Positions 21,382 to 31,698 of a stretch of DNA of 64,000 nt are shown here, in pieces. Origin of the DNA: an uncultured Clostridia bacterium (GTDB lineage: Bacteria; Bacillota; Clostridia; Christensenellales; Borkfalkiaceae). The stretch spans positions 378 through 64,377 of the forward strand of contig CANQUN010000003.1 in the NCBI GenBank assembly GCA_947627065.1, read 5' to 3'. Each line of letters opens with the position of its first letter. Position 1 is the stretch's first letter. A program made the translations under genes and the position numbers. The notes under the pieces were generated by a model. It had not been told where the DNA came from. It ran no database searches and saw only the letters and a list, made by a program, of their open reading frames with translations.

Positions 21382-21762
21382 ATGGAAAGAACAAAAGGTT
21401 TCGGTTTTTCGCTGCTCAAGGGACTGCTCGTGGGACTCAGCGTCTGCCTCGCGCTCATACTCGTGTTCGCACTCGTGCTGAAATTTGCGGATTTAGGCGA
21501 CTTTTGGGTCAAAACGATAAACCAGATAATAAAGTTGTGCGCCGTCGTCGCCGCCTGCTTCGTTTCGGTAAACGGAAGCAAAGGTTACATAAAGGGCTGC
21601 GTCACGGGACTGAGCGTTGTCGTGTGCACCTACCTGCTGTTCGGGCTGGTGTCGGGGTCGCTTTCCTTCGGCTGGGGCACCGCGCTCGAACTCGTCTACG
21701 GAATAATCGTCGGCACCCTCGCGGGCATACTCGCCGCCAACGTAAAAAAGAACCCGCAATGA
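21382..21762 (+). CDS. small integral membrane protein (YrzE/TIGR04086-like, by recollection)
   Basis: 126 aa with about 4 TM segments. AGGAGGG RBS. Its position between yajC and the SCIFF genes is typical of Clostridia. Confidence 0.6.
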   Translation: MERTKGFGFSLLKGLLVGLSVCLALILVFALVLKFADLGDFWVKTINQIIKLCAVVAACFVSVNGSKGYIKGCVTGLSVVVCTYLLFGLVSGSLSFGWGTALELVYGIIVGTLAGILAANVKKNPQ

Positions 21763-22035
21763 CCGTTTTTGAGAGAAAAAGGCCACTTTTCACTCTAATC
21801 CCGCGTTTTGCCGCCGCCCGTTTGCGCCCTTAAACGCCCGCACTACCGCCCTTAAAAAGCGGCTTTGACGGGCGGTAAATTTCTGTCCGTCGGGCAGATT
21901 CCCGCCTTGCGCCGCGGATACAGGCGCCGCCCGTTTGTCCCCGCTCGTCTGTCTGCAATCCTGCAATTCCGCCGCGCCGTTTGTGGGCATTTACCGAGGT
22001 CTGCAAAACGCGTCGCAAAAGTTTGGTCAAAACGC

Positions 22036-22064
22036 TTGTAATTTTCCGCAATATATAGTATAAT
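22036..22064 (+). promoter_or_regulatory. promoter TTGTAA-17-TATAAT for scfA
   Basis: TTGTAA 22036-22041 and TATAAT 22059-22064, about 30 nt upstream of the scfA ATG. Confidence 0.55.
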
Positions 22065-22094
22065 AAAATTACAAAAGTTACGGAGGAATACATC

Positions 22095-22256
22095 ATGTCG
22101 AGAATAAAGACGATAGCCAAGGCCCAAAAGAGGACGGTTTCCGGTTGCGGAGAATGCAGGAGCACCTGCCAGTCGGCCTGCAAAACCAGCTGCACCGTCG
22201 GCAATCAGTCGTGCGGCAAGATCACCAGAGAAGGCAAGATAGAAGAAAACAAATAA
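22095..22256 (+). CDS. scfA: SCIFF (six-cysteines-in-forty-five) ranthipeptide precursor, 53 aa; not in the ORF track
   Basis: Hand translation: MSRIKTIAKAQKRTVSGCGECRSTCQSACKTSCTVGNQSCGKITREGKIEENK. The GCGEC..TCQSACKTSCTVGNQ.C core is the SCIFF signature. GGAGG lies 7 nt upstream, and the gene sits immediately 5' of the radical SAM maturase. Confidence 0.9.
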   Translation: MSRIKTIAKAQKRTVSGCGECRSTCQSACKTSCTVGNQSCGKITREGKIEENK

Positions 22257-22277
22257 TTTACATAAAAACCCGGCCGA

Positions 22278-22311
22278 GAGGAGTGATTTTGTTTTCACTC
22301 CTCGATTTTTT
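22278..22311 (+). terminator. hairpin plus T-run between scfA and scfB (partial terminator / attenuator)
   Basis: GAGGAGTGA-ttttgttt-TCACTCCTC followed by GATTTTTT. Confidence 0.7.
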
Positions 22312-22327
22312 GCCTTTACGGAGAAAT

Positions 22328-23659
22328 ATGGTTCACACTTTTGAATTTGACGGAAAATATTACCTGTTCGACCCGGAGGCCTGCGCCCTTCACGAATGCG
22401 ACGCGCTGACCGCCGAAGTGGTAAAGAAGATGAGCGGTAAGCCGTACTGCCTCGATGGGGCCGACCCGCAGGCCGTTGCCGAAATAGAGGCCGACATCCG
22501 CGAACTTAAAAAAAACGGTCTGCTGTTCGCCCCGCCCGAAGAGGCGCAACCCCAAAAGAGCAAGTACCTCAAGGCCCTGTGTCTGCACATCTGCCACGAC
22601 TGCAACATGCGCTGCGCGTACTGCTTCGCTTCGGAAGGGACTTACAAGGGCAAGCGCGAATACATGAGCGCGGCAACCGCAAAGGCGGCAATCGACTTTC
22701 TCATTGCCAACTCGGGAGACAGGAAGATTCTCGAGGCCGACTTTTTCGGCGGCGAGCCTCTCATGAACCTTGCCGTCGTCAAAGAAACCGTCGATTACGC
22801 GAGAAAACGCGGGGCAGAGACGGGCAAGACCTTCCTGTTCACGCTCACCACAAACGGCGTTCTCTTAAACGAGCAGACGGCAAAGTGGCTGAACGAGGAG
22901 ATGGAAAACGTGGTTTTGAGTCTCGACGGCAGGCCCGAAGTCAACGACGCCATCCGCAAGACCGTCAACGGCAAGGGAACCTTTTCGCTCATCGTCGAAA
23001 ACTTCCGCCGTTTCGTCGCCATGCGCGGGGACAGGAGTTACTACATCCGCGGCACGTTTACCAACAAGAACCTCGATTTCGGCAAGGACGTGGAATACAT
23101 AGCCGACCTCGGCTTCAAGGAAATATCCGTCGAGCCTGTCGTGCTCCCGCCCGAACATCCCCTCGCCATACCCGACACCGCACTGCCCGCAATCGCCGAG
23201 GAGTACAGGCGGCTCTCCCGCGAATACATAAAGAGGAAGAAGGAGGGCAGGGGCTTCAACTTCTTCCATTTCGTAATCGACCTCGAAGGCGGGCCGTGCC
23301 TTACCAAGCGCGTAAACGCCTGCGGCGCGGGCAACGAATATCTGTCGGTAGTCCCGTCGGGCGACCTGTACCCCTGCCACCAATTCTCCGATAATCCCGA
23401 TTTCAGAATGGGCAACGTGTTCACGGGCGTCATTGACGAAAAGATACGCGACATATTCAGAAACTCCTCGCTCTACACCCGCAAGGGCTGTGAGGACTGC
23501 TTTGCCCGTTACCACTGTTCGGGCGGATGCGCCGCCAACAACTACAACTTCAACGGCGACGTGAACATCCCCTACAAGCCCACTTGTGAGATGATGAGGG
23601 CACGTATGGAATGCGCCTTGCACGTTCTGGCGGAAACAAAAAACGCCGATAATGCGTGA
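22328..23659 (+). CDS. scfB: SCIFF radical SAM/SPASM peptide maturase
   Basis: CNMRCAYC (CX3CX2C), C-terminal SPASM cysteines (CGAGNEY...CHQF...CEDCFARYHCSGGCAANN). Start ATG 22328 (MVHTFEFDGKYYLFD). Confidence 0.92.
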   Translation: MVHTFEFDGKYYLFDPEACALHECDALTAEVVKKMSGKPYCLDGADPQAVAEIEADIRELKKNGLLFAPPEEAQPQKSKYLKALCLHICHDCNMRCAYCFASEGTYKGKREYMSAATAKAAIDFLIANSGDRKILEADFFGGEPLMNLAVVKETVDYARKRGAETGKTFLFTLTTNGVLLNEQTAKWLNEEMENVVLSLDGRPEVNDAIRKTVNGKGTFSLIVENFRRFVAMRGDRSYYIRGTFTNKNLDFGKDVEYIADLGFKEISVEPVVLPPEHPLAIPDTALPAIAEEYRRLSREYIKRKKEGRGFNFFHFVIDLEGGPCLTKRVNACGAGNEYLSVVPSGDLYPCHQFSDNPDFRMGNVFTGVIDEKIRDIFRNSSLYTRKGCEDCFARYHCSGGCAANNYNFNGDVNIPYKPTCEMMRARMECALHVLAETKNADNA

Positions 23660-23993
23660 TTCAGGCCACTAATTGCAAAACGAGCCGCCAGCCGCCACTT
23701 GCACACCCGCGTCCACCCACCATTCCGCCCGCACATATACCCGTCATTCTGCATTATCTGCACATTTGCGCACCCGTTGCACTTTATTTCCGCCCGACGC
23801 CACTTGTAAATCCCGCATTTACACCCCGCCACGCCAAAATAAGGACGGCAACCGACAAAACAAAGACGGCCTCGCGCCAAAATAAGGACGGTCGTTCGCC
23901 AAAACAAGGACGGCCGGCGGCGGAACAAAAACGGCCGATAATGTGCGAAAAAGGCCACTAATTCAAAAAAAAGGTTGCCCTTGGGAGGAAGTT

Positions 23994-24485
23994 ATGCCCG
24001 TTACTACAGGTAAAGACGTTTACATTCATCCGCTCGCCCACGTCTCGGGAGACGTGTCGCTTGGCGACGGAGTCAGCCTTTGGCCGGGCGCTTCGGTCAG
24101 GGGGGACAGGAGCGCCATTGTCATCGGCAAAGGCTCCAACGTTCAGGACAACGCCACCGTGCATTCCGAAGCGGCCTACCCCGTAACCATCGGCGCCAAC
24201 GTAACGGTCGGGCACAATGCCGTAGTCCACGGCGCAACGGTGGGCGACAACACCATCGTCGGCATGGGCGCGATAATTCTCGACGGAACGGTTGTCGGCA
24301 GCGGCTGCATAATCGGCGCGGGCGCGGTCATCGGCGGAAGAAAGAACATTCCCGCCCGTAGCGTGGTTGTCGGCAACCCGTACAGGATACTGAGGGAAGC
24401 GACGGACGACGACGTTGCCCGCAACGCAAAAAACGCCGAGGAGTACGCCGAGGCCGCCGCAAAGTACAAAAACGGCGAAATCTGA
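23994..24485 (+). CDS. gamma-carbonic-anhydrase-family (left-handed beta-helix, YrdA/PaaY-like) protein
   Basis: Hexapeptide repeats; IHPLAHVSGDVSLGDGVSLWPGASVRGD...VGHNAVVHG. GGGAGG RBS before ATG 23994. Confidence 0.85.
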   Translation: MPVTTGKDVYIHPLAHVSGDVSLGDGVSLWPGASVRGDRSAIVIGKGSNVQDNATVHSEAAYPVTIGANVTVGHNAVVHGATVGDNTIVGMGAIILDGTVVGSGCIIGAGAVIGGRKNIPARSVVVGNPYRILREATDDDVARNAKNAEEYAEAAAKYKNGEI

Positions 24486-24742
24486 CCCCAAAACCCGCAA
24501 CAGCGCAAGAAATCGCCGCTCAGGCAACCCAAAAACAAAGGCTTGCCAACCCGCAACAGCGCAAGAACCCGCGGTTCACCGCAAACCGTAGACCACAAAA
24601 CCCGCGGTTCGCCCCAAACTAACCCCAAAAAACCCGCGGCCGACCCGAAAAAACACGGAAAATCGCCGCCGCCCGCACAAACCCCGAAATGCGGCCTTTC
24701 CAAATTATTTCCAACTTTTTGGGTTAAAGGCCTCAATATTCG

Positions 24743-24772
24743 TTGACAACACCTATCAAGTAATTATATAAT
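24743..24772 (+). promoter_or_regulatory. promoter TTGACA-18-TATAAT for secDF
   Basis: TTGACA 24743-24748 and TATAAT 24767-24772. Confidence 0.45.
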
Positions 24773-24854
24773 AGTAAAAGCGCAATTATATTATCTTATA
24801 TAAATACGCGCGTGCAACAAAATGAATGCCGGGTATTTCCGGCAGGAGGCAACA

Positions 24855-26156
24855 ATGGGTAAAGGTAAATCAATAACACTGCTTTCCATACTCTGCGTCT
24901 TCGTGGCATTCTTTGCCGTTATCAGTTTTGTCCGCTTTGATATCCCGTTTGCATACAACGGCCAGTATCATACGTGGAACGGCATAGCCAACACGATAGA
25001 GCAGGGTATAGACCTTAAAGGCGGTTACTACGTCGTGCTCGAAGCCAACCAGAAGAGCGACGGCAGCAACGCCGATATCGACAGAGCCATAACCGTCCTT
25101 CAGGACAGGCTTGAAAGAAAAGGGTATACCGAGGCGACGATCGTCGCTCAGGATATAGGTGAAAACGCCAAGATAAGAATCGAGATTCCCGAAGTTGACA
25201 ACGCCAACGAGATAATGCAGATCATCGGATCCACTGGCGAACTGAAGTTTACCGATTCATCCACGGCGGACAGCGGAACCGTTTATCTCACCGGCGACGA
25301 CGTTACGGGTGCATCGGTTAGCATGAACAACTCCGGCAAATACGTGGTCGTGCTCAACTTCACGCCCGAGGGCGGCAACAAATTCGCCGCCGCTACCGAG
25401 GCGCTTGTAAATTCCACCATGTACGTCTGGCTGGGCGACGAGATAATATCGCAGCCCACCGTAAACGAAAAGATAGTGGGCACGAGCGCGACGATAGAAT
25501 CGTTTGACGAGTACGAGCAGGCAGAAGCGATAGCCTCCGTCATAGACAGCGGCCGCCTCCCGCTCGAATTCGAGATAAGCGAAGCGCAGCTCATCAGCGC
25601 GACCCTCGGTGAAAAGGCTCTTTCCAGCAGCCTTATAGCGGGCGCCATAGGTCTTGCCGTGATATTCGTCATAATGTGCGTTATGTACGGCGGTCTCGGC
25701 CTCGTCGCAAGCCTCGCGCTCATCATCTACACCGTGGCCCTCGTCATGCTGCTCGCCTTCATTCCGGGCATACAACTGACGCTGCCGGGCATAGCGGGTA
25801 TCCTTCTCAGTATAGGTATGGCAATCGACGCAAACGTCGTTATCTTTGAGAGAATACGCGAAGAATACGCCACGGGCAAGACGGTGCAGTCGTCCATACA
25901 GGCGGGCTTCCACCGTGCGGTCATTACGGTTATCGACGCAAACGTAACCACCCTGATAGCGGCCGTCGTTCTGTGGATAATCTGCCCCGGTTCCATCAAG
26001 GGCTTTGCGATAACGCTGTTCATAGGCGTGCTGCTGTCGATGATAACCGCAATTTTAATAACGCGTTGGCTCATCAAACTCTTCCGTCCCATCGTGGGCA
26101 AGGAGAAAGAGGCGGCCTTCTTACATCTTAAAAGGGGGGCGGAAGTAAATGAATAA
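24855..26156 (+). CDS. secD: protein translocase subunit SecD
   Basis: GIDLKGG..., STGELKF, a large extracytoplasmic domain and then 5 C-terminal TMs. AGGAGG RBS before ATG 24855. Confidence 0.93.
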   Translation: MGKGKSITLLSILCVFVAFFAVISFVRFDIPFAYNGQYHTWNGIANTIEQGIDLKGGYYVVLEANQKSDGSNADIDRAITVLQDRLERKGYTEATIVAQDIGENAKIRIEIPEVDNANEIMQIIGSTGELKFTDSSTADSGTVYLTGDDVTGASVSMNNSGKYVVVLNFTPEGGNKFAAATEALVNSTMYVWLGDEIISQPTVNEKIVGTSATIESFDEYEQAEAIASVIDSGRLPLEFEISEAQLISATLGEKALSSSLIAGAIGLAVIFVIMCVMYGGLGLVASLALIIYTVALVMLLAFIPGIQLTLPGIAGILLSIGMAIDANVVIFERIREEYATGKTVQSSIQAGFHRAVITVIDANVTTLIAAVVLWIICPGSIKGFAITLFIGVLLSMITAILITRWLIKLFRPIVGKEKEAAFLHLKRGAEVNE

Positions 26157-27201
26157 GACTCCTAAAATAGTAGAAAAATCCACCATTTTCTTCATCATAA
26201 GCGCAATGATAATAGCGGTTGGCATAGTCCTTTTGATAGTACCCGGCATGAACCTCGGTCTCGACTTCACGCCCGGTGCAACCATTACGTTTGAAGTCAA
26301 CGCCACTTACGACAGCGCAAAGGCAAACGAATACCTTTCCCAAGTAGAGAGTTATATAGAAGAAGCGGGATTCACCGTTGAAAGCAGCCGTAAGAGCCAG
26401 TCCAACAACCATCTCGGCCTTCAGTACAACCTCACTTATAACGACGAAGATCTCAACGGTGAAAACTACAGCGAGACCATAGGCGATGAAGAATCCGAGT
26501 TCGTTCAGGGCATCAAGGAAAAGATCAACGCCATGGAGACGATGGGAGAAGGCGAGGAGTTCTTTGTGGGCTACGCTTCGGCAACCACTTCGCCGGACGC
26601 GACGCGTTCCACCGCAGCCAAGGCCTTCATAGCCATCGCCGTGGCAATCGTGTGCATGCTCATCTACATCGCCATAAGGTTCAGGCTCACCTCTGGTATC
26701 GCGGCGGTCATCGTCCTCATACACGACGTGTTCGTCATGATAACCCTCACCACCGCCTGCCGCATAACGGTCAACATCACCTTCATAGCCGCGGTCATCA
26801 CGGTAATAGGTTACTCCATCAACGCCACGATAATCGTGTTTGACAGGATAAAGGACAATCTTGCCAAGTATAAAGACCAGGGTCTTTCGGACGTGCAGAT
26901 AGCCAACATTTCCATAAAGGAAACGATAAGGAGAACGCTGCTCACCACCATAACCACCCTCGTCATGATAGGCCTCATCGCCATAGTCTGCTCGATAAAC
27001 GACGTTACCTCGATAATAGAGTTTGCCCTGCCCATAATCTTCGGCCTGCTCTCGGGCCTCTATTCGGCAATCGTGCTGTCGAGTTGCGTATGGGTACAGG
27101 TGAGAAAACTGTTTGCCAAATTCACGCGTAAATCCAAAAAGGGTTACAGCAAGTACGCCAAGGAAAAGAGCGTGGATAAGAGCGTAAAGGCAGAAGCCTG
27201 A
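26149..27201 (+). CDS. secF: protein translocase subunit SecF
   Basis: GLDFTPGATITF..., C-terminal TM bundle with VFDRIKDN. Overlaps the secD end. Confidence 0.93.
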   Translation: MNKTPKIVEKSTIFFIISAMIIAVGIVLLIVPGMNLGLDFTPGATITFEVNATYDSAKANEYLSQVESYIEEAGFTVESSRKSQSNNHLGLQYNLTYNDEDLNGENYSETIGDEESEFVQGIKEKINAMETMGEGEEFFVGYASATTSPDATRSTAAKAFIAIAVAIVCMLIYIAIRFRLTSGIAAVIVLIHDVFVMITLTTACRITVNITFIAAVITVIGYSINATIIVFDRIKDNLAKYKDQGLSDVQIANISIKETIRRTLLTTITTLVMIGLIAIVCSINDVTSIIEFALPIIFGLLSGLYSAIVLSSCVWVQVRKLFAKFTRKSKKGYSKYAKEKSVDKSVKAEA

Positions 27202-27220
27202 AACACCACACTACAACGGA

Positions 27221-27245
27221 CGGGCGAGGAATCTCGCCCGTTTTT
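27221..27245 (+). terminator. intrinsic terminator after secF
   Basis: CGGGCGAG-gaat-CTCGCCCG TTTTT. Confidence 0.8.
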
Positions 27246-27268
27246 GATACGCAGACGGGATAAAAGAT

Positions 27269-29563
27269 ATGATTGTAACGAGGCGGCAGTTCGACCCCGA
27301 CCAACTTAATACAATTTCGCAGATCGCCGCGGTCGCGGGCGTGTCCGTCCGGACGGCTTCCATCGTGTTCGCCCGCGGGATAGACACCGTGGAAAAGGCA
27401 AAACGTTTCTTTTCCCCGGGTGCGGCGCACTTTTCGTCTCCGTTCGCCTTAAAGGGCGTAAAGGAGGCCGTGGAGCGCATAACCCGTGCGAGGGATGAGG
27501 GAGAAACCGTCGTCGTTTACGGCGATTACGACGTGGACGGCGTGTGCGCTTCCACCATACTCGTCAAGGCCCTTGCAGTGTTCGGAATAGCGGCGGACGC
27601 CGTCGTGCCCGAACGTTCGGACGGATACGGCCTTTCCGAAAAGCAGATAGACGACGTCATGGAACGTTACAATCCCGACCTCATCATCACCGTCGACTGC
27701 GGCATATCCTCGGTAAACGAAGTCGAGTATATCCAGAGCCTCGGCGTGGACGTAATAGTAACCGACCACCACGAACTGCCCGAAGTTCTGCCCGACTGCA
27801 CGACCGTAAACTGCAAACTACCCGGGCAGGATGTCTTTGAATTTCTGTGCGGCGCGGGCGTCGCCTTCAAGTTAGCGGAGGCGCTCATCGGCAAGGCGGC
27901 GTATTCTTACCTCGACCTCGCCGCCCTTGCCACCGTTGCGGACAGCATGCCCCTCGTCGACGAAAACAGGGACATCGTGTACGAAGGCCTCAAGATCATC
28001 GCTTCCTCCAACACGCGGCGTGCGATAGCCGCGCTGATCGAAATATCCAAGATAAAGGAAATAACTTCCACCACTCTCGCTTACAGTATAGCCCCGCGCA
28101 TCAACGCGGCCGGCAGGATGAACGACGCGGCTGCCGCCCTCAGGCTGTTCATGTCCGAGGACGACGGGGAGATAGAAACGCTTGCCGCACGCCTCAACGA
28201 TTACAACGCCAGGCGTCAGGCCGAATGCGACGCGCTCTACCGCTCAGCCCGTGCAAAACTCATGAAAAAGGGGGCTTACGACAGGGCGATCGTCCTTGAG
28301 GACAGTGGCTGGAACAACGGAATAGTCGGCATTGTCGCAGCAAAACTCGTGGAGGAATTCAGCCGCCCCGTCATACTCTTTGCAGGCAGGGACGGGCTGC
28401 TGCACGGTTCTGCCCGCAGTGTGGACGACATAAATATTCTTGACGCAATCGCCCGCAACAAGGAGTTCCTCGTGGAGTTCGGCGGCCACGCGCAGGCGGC
28501 GGGCGTAACCATAAAAGCCGAGAATCTCCCCGCCTTCGAGCGCGGCCTCAACGATTATCTCAAAGAAAAATACCCTCGTCCCGTAACCGCGGGCATATAC
28601 GAGGTGGAGTTTATTGCAGACAGCCCCGTCTCGGTGGAATTTGCCAAGGAACTCGAACTGCTCGAACCCTTCGGCACGGGCAACAAAAAGCCGCTCTTCG
28701 CACTCAATGCGCCCATCCGCAGGATAGACAGCCTGAAAGCGGGCACCGACCACATCACCGTTTCCACCGATATAATAGAACTCATCTACTTCCACGGCGC
28801 GCAGTACGGCGAACTGCTCAACGCTCCCGTCGGCAAGACCATCGTGTTTGAAACCAACGTCTCCCGCTACAACGGCAAGGACAGCCTGCGCGGCTACATA
28901 AAGGGCTTTGAAACCGAACTTGTTGCGGGAAAGGACCTCGGGCTTGAACTTTTCATGAAGAACGTTCAAAGCGTCCTTTGGCAAAACGCCGCAAACCCCG
29001 TGCGCCTTTCCGAAGAACAGATCGGGGAAAAGATAGAAGCGAGCCTTTCAGAGCCTTACGGTACCGTTTACGCCGCCAGCACGCTCAAATCGCTGCAGAA
29101 TTTCCCGTCGCTCACGGGTCTGCCCGTCTGTCTCGGCGCGCCGCGCAGCCGCAACCTGTCGGCGTGCGTCGTAATCGTCCCCTCGGGAGAGGGATTGGAA
29201 GGTTACAGGCGCATGATATACCTCGACGAGCCGCTTGCCTACCCGCCCTTCGAGGGTGAAATTTTCGTCAACGGAGACCTCACTGTCGCGTCCATGCTGC
29301 CCGAGGTTACCGCCACGAGGCAGGCCGTCGGCGAGGTCTATTCTTTGATAACGGGGCATAAGTACATCAAGGCAAACTCGTCGAGAGAGTTGTACTTCAA
29401 ATTGGAAAAAGTGCCCCAAATCTCACGTTATCAGTTTGTTTTTGCCGTTGAAGTGTTTGCCGAACTCGGGCTTGTGTCCTTTTCCAAAGGCAAGCTCACG
29501 TTTGCGGCGGGCGGCAAGCGGGACCTTAAAGATTCCCGCATATTCGTAAAGTTCGGCGGATAG
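27269..29563 (+). CDS. recJ: single-stranded-DNA-specific exonuclease RecJ
   Basis: DHH motifs: VVVYGDYDVDGVCAS, TVDCG, IVTDHH, GGHAQAAG. Confidence 0.93.
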   Translation: MIVTRRQFDPDQLNTISQIAAVAGVSVRTASIVFARGIDTVEKAKRFFSPGAAHFSSPFALKGVKEAVERITRARDEGETVVVYGDYDVDGVCASTILVKALAVFGIAADAVVPERSDGYGLSEKQIDDVMERYNPDLIITVDCGISSVNEVEYIQSLGVDVIVTDHHELPEVLPDCTTVNCKLPGQDVFEFLCGAGVAFKLAEALIGKAAYSYLDLAALATVADSMPLVDENRDIVYEGLKIIASSNTRRAIAALIEISKIKEITSTTLAYSIAPRINAAGRMNDAAAALRLFMSEDDGEIETLAARLNDYNARRQAECDALYRSARAKLMKKGAYDRAIVLEDSGWNNGIVGIVAAKLVEEFSRPVILFAGRDGLLHGSARSVDDINILDAIARNKEFLVEFGGHAQAAGVTIKAENLPAFERGLNDYLKEKYPRPVTAGIYEVEFIADSPVSVEFAKELELLEPFGTGNKKPLFALNAPIRRIDSLKAGTDHITVSTDIIELIYFHGAQYGELLNAPVGKTIVFETNVSRYNGKDSLRGYIKGFETELVAGKDLGLELFMKNVQSVLWQNAANPVRLSEEQIGEKIEASLSEPYGTVYAASTLKSLQNFPSLTGLPVCLGAPRSRNLSACVVIVPSGEGLEGYRRMIYLDEPLAYPPFEGEIFVNGDLTVASMLPEVTATRQAVGEVYSLITGHKYIKANSSRELYFKLEKVPQISRYQFVFAVEVFAELGLVSFSKGKLTFAAGGKRDLKDSRIFVKFGG

Positions 29564-29565
29564 AT

Positions 29566-31698
29566 ATGTACGATTTACTCGAAACAATTCAGCATACTTA
29601 TTCTCAGAGCGAGTCCGAGATTCTGACCCGTGCCTTTTACTTTGCCAAAGAAGCGCACGCCAACCAGAAGCGCGCCTCGGGCGAAGATTACTTCACCCAC
29701 CCATGCGCCGTTGCCGAGATACTCATCGACCTCGGAATGGACGCTTCCACCGTTGCCGCGGCCTTTCTGCACGACACCATCGAGGACACCCCCGTTTCCG
29801 AAGGCGACATCCGCAAGGAATTCGGGGACGAGATTCTCCTGCTCGTCAAAGGCGTAACCAAACTCGACAAGATAGAGTTCAAATCGCAGGAAGAAGAGCA
29901 GGCCGAAAACTTCAAAAAGATATTCGTCTCCATGGCCAAGGACATAAGGGTCATAATCATCAAACTTGCCGACAGGCTGCACAACATGCGCTCGCTCAAC
30001 TTCCTCTCGCACGAGCGGCAGCAGCGCATGAGCAAGGAGACGCTGGACATCTTCGCCCCGCTCGCGGGTAGGCTGGGAATTTCGCAGATAAAGTGCGAAT
30101 TAGAGGACTTATGCCTCAAATACATCGACCCCGAAGCCTACGAATACCTTGCCGCCAACATCAACGAGAAACTTGCCGAACGGCGCAAGTTCGTGGATTT
30201 CGTCGTCAAGGAAATACAGGAGATACTCGACGAGTCGGGCATAAACGGAGAGGTTTTCGGCAGGGCTAAGCACTTTTACAGCATCTATAAAAAGATGAAG
30301 AATCAGGGCAAGAGTCTCGAGCAGATCTACGACCTCATTGCCGTGCGCGCCATCGTTGACGACATCGACCAGTGCTACGAACTTTTAGGCAAGATTCACA
30401 AGAAGTGGAAGCCCATCCCCGGCAGGATAAAAGACTACATCGCCATGCCCAAGCCCAACATGTACCAATCCCTGCACACGACGGTGGTTACCGACTTCGG
30501 GCAGACTTTCGAAATTCAGATAAGGACAAAGGAGATGCACCGCATGGCCGAGTTCGGTATAGCGGCGCATTGGAAATACAAGGAAAACAAGACCGTAGAG
30601 GACAGTTTCGACACCCGCCTCTCGTGGATACGCGAGGTCATGGAGTGGCAGGGCGGAGTCAAAGATTCAAAGGAATTTCTCGAATCGCTCAAAGGGGACG
30701 TATACTCGAGCGAGGTGCTCGTTTTCACCCCCAAGGGAGAGGTCAAAAGCCTTGTAAAAGACGCCACGCCCATAGATTTCGCTTACAGCGTCCACACGGA
30801 AGTAGGCAACCGCTGCGTGGGTGCCAAGGTCAACGGAAAGATGGTTCCGCTCAACACCACCCTGCAGGTGGGAGACGTGGTGGACATACTTACCTCCAAA
30901 ACTTCCAAAGGACCCTCGTGGGACTGGCTCAAGATAGTAAAGAGCGCGGGTGCAAAAAACAAGATCCGTCAGTTCTTCCGCCGTGAAATGCACGAGGAAA
31001 ACATAAAACTCGGCAAATCCATGCTCGAGCAGGAAGCCCGCAACAAGGGCTACAACTTCTCGGAACTGATTAACCCCGTCAGCATGGAGAGGATACAGAA
31101 CAAACTTTCCTTCTCCACTCCAGAGGAGATGTACATGGCTGTGGGCGGCGGAATAGTAACCGTCAATCAGGTTCTCGTAAAACTCATCGACCTCGCCCGC
31201 AAGGAAACGCCGCGCAAGGAAGTTACTCCCAAGGTGATAACCCACCACAACTCCACGGGCGACGTAATAGTAAAGGGTATGGAAGGGCTGCTCGTGCGGT
31301 TTGCGGGCTGCTGCAACCCCGTCCCCGGGGACAGGATAATCGGCTTTGTCTCGAGGGGAAGAGGGGTTACCATCCACCGTGCGGACTGCCCCAACATGCG
31401 CGCCGAGGACAGGGAGCGCATAATCGAGGCGCAGTGGTCGGGCAAAATAGGCACCGATTACATCGTTTCGGTGGAGATACACGCCGAGGAAGAAGCGCCC
31501 ATTCTCTCCGTGGTAACGGGCATCTGCGCACAACTCGGCCTGTTCATAACTTCCATAAACGGCAGGATAGACACAAAACTGAGAAGGGCCGTCCTCAACA
31601 TGACGGTCAAACTCAACACCGCCGCCGATCTCGACGCGTTTATCAAAAAAGTCTCGTCGGAAAAGACGGTAATAGATGTTTTCAGGACGGTAACCTGA
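29566..31698 (+). CDS. relA: bifunctional (p)ppGpp synthetase/hydrolase RelA/SpoT homolog
   Basis: HD domain (HPCAVAEIL...LHDTIEDT), synthetase (RAKHFYSIYKKM...YQSLHTTV), then TGS and ACT regions. Confidence 0.95.
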   Translation: MYDLLETIQHTYSQSESEILTRAFYFAKEAHANQKRASGEDYFTHPCAVAEILIDLGMDASTVAAAFLHDTIEDTPVSEGDIRKEFGDEILLLVKGVTKLDKIEFKSQEEEQAENFKKIFVSMAKDIRVIIIKLADRLHNMRSLNFLSHERQQRMSKETLDIFAPLAGRLGISQIKCELEDLCLKYIDPEAYEYLAANINEKLAERRKFVDFVVKEIQEILDESGINGEVFGRAKHFYSIYKKMKNQGKSLEQIYDLIAVRAIVDDIDQCYELLGKIHKKWKPIPGRIKDYIAMPKPNMYQSLHTTVVTDFGQTFEIQIRTKEMHRMAEFGIAAHWKYKENKTVEDSFDTRLSWIREVMEWQGGVKDSKEFLESLKGDVYSSEVLVFTPKGEVKSLVKDATPIDFAYSVHTEVGNRCVGAKVNGKMVPLNTTLQVGDVVDILTSKTSKGPSWDWLKIVKSAGAKNKIRQFFRREMHEENIKLGKSMLEQEARNKGYNFSELINPVSMERIQNKLSFSTPEEMYMAVGGGIVTVNQVLVKLIDLARKETPRKEVTPKVITHHNSTGDVIVKGMEGLLVRFAGCCNPVPGDRIIGFVSRGRGVTIHRADCPNMRAEDRERIIEAQWSGKIGTDYIVSVEIHAEEEAPILSVVTGICAQLGLFITSINGRIDTKLRRAVLNMTVKLNTAADLDAFIKKVSSEKTVIDVFRTVT

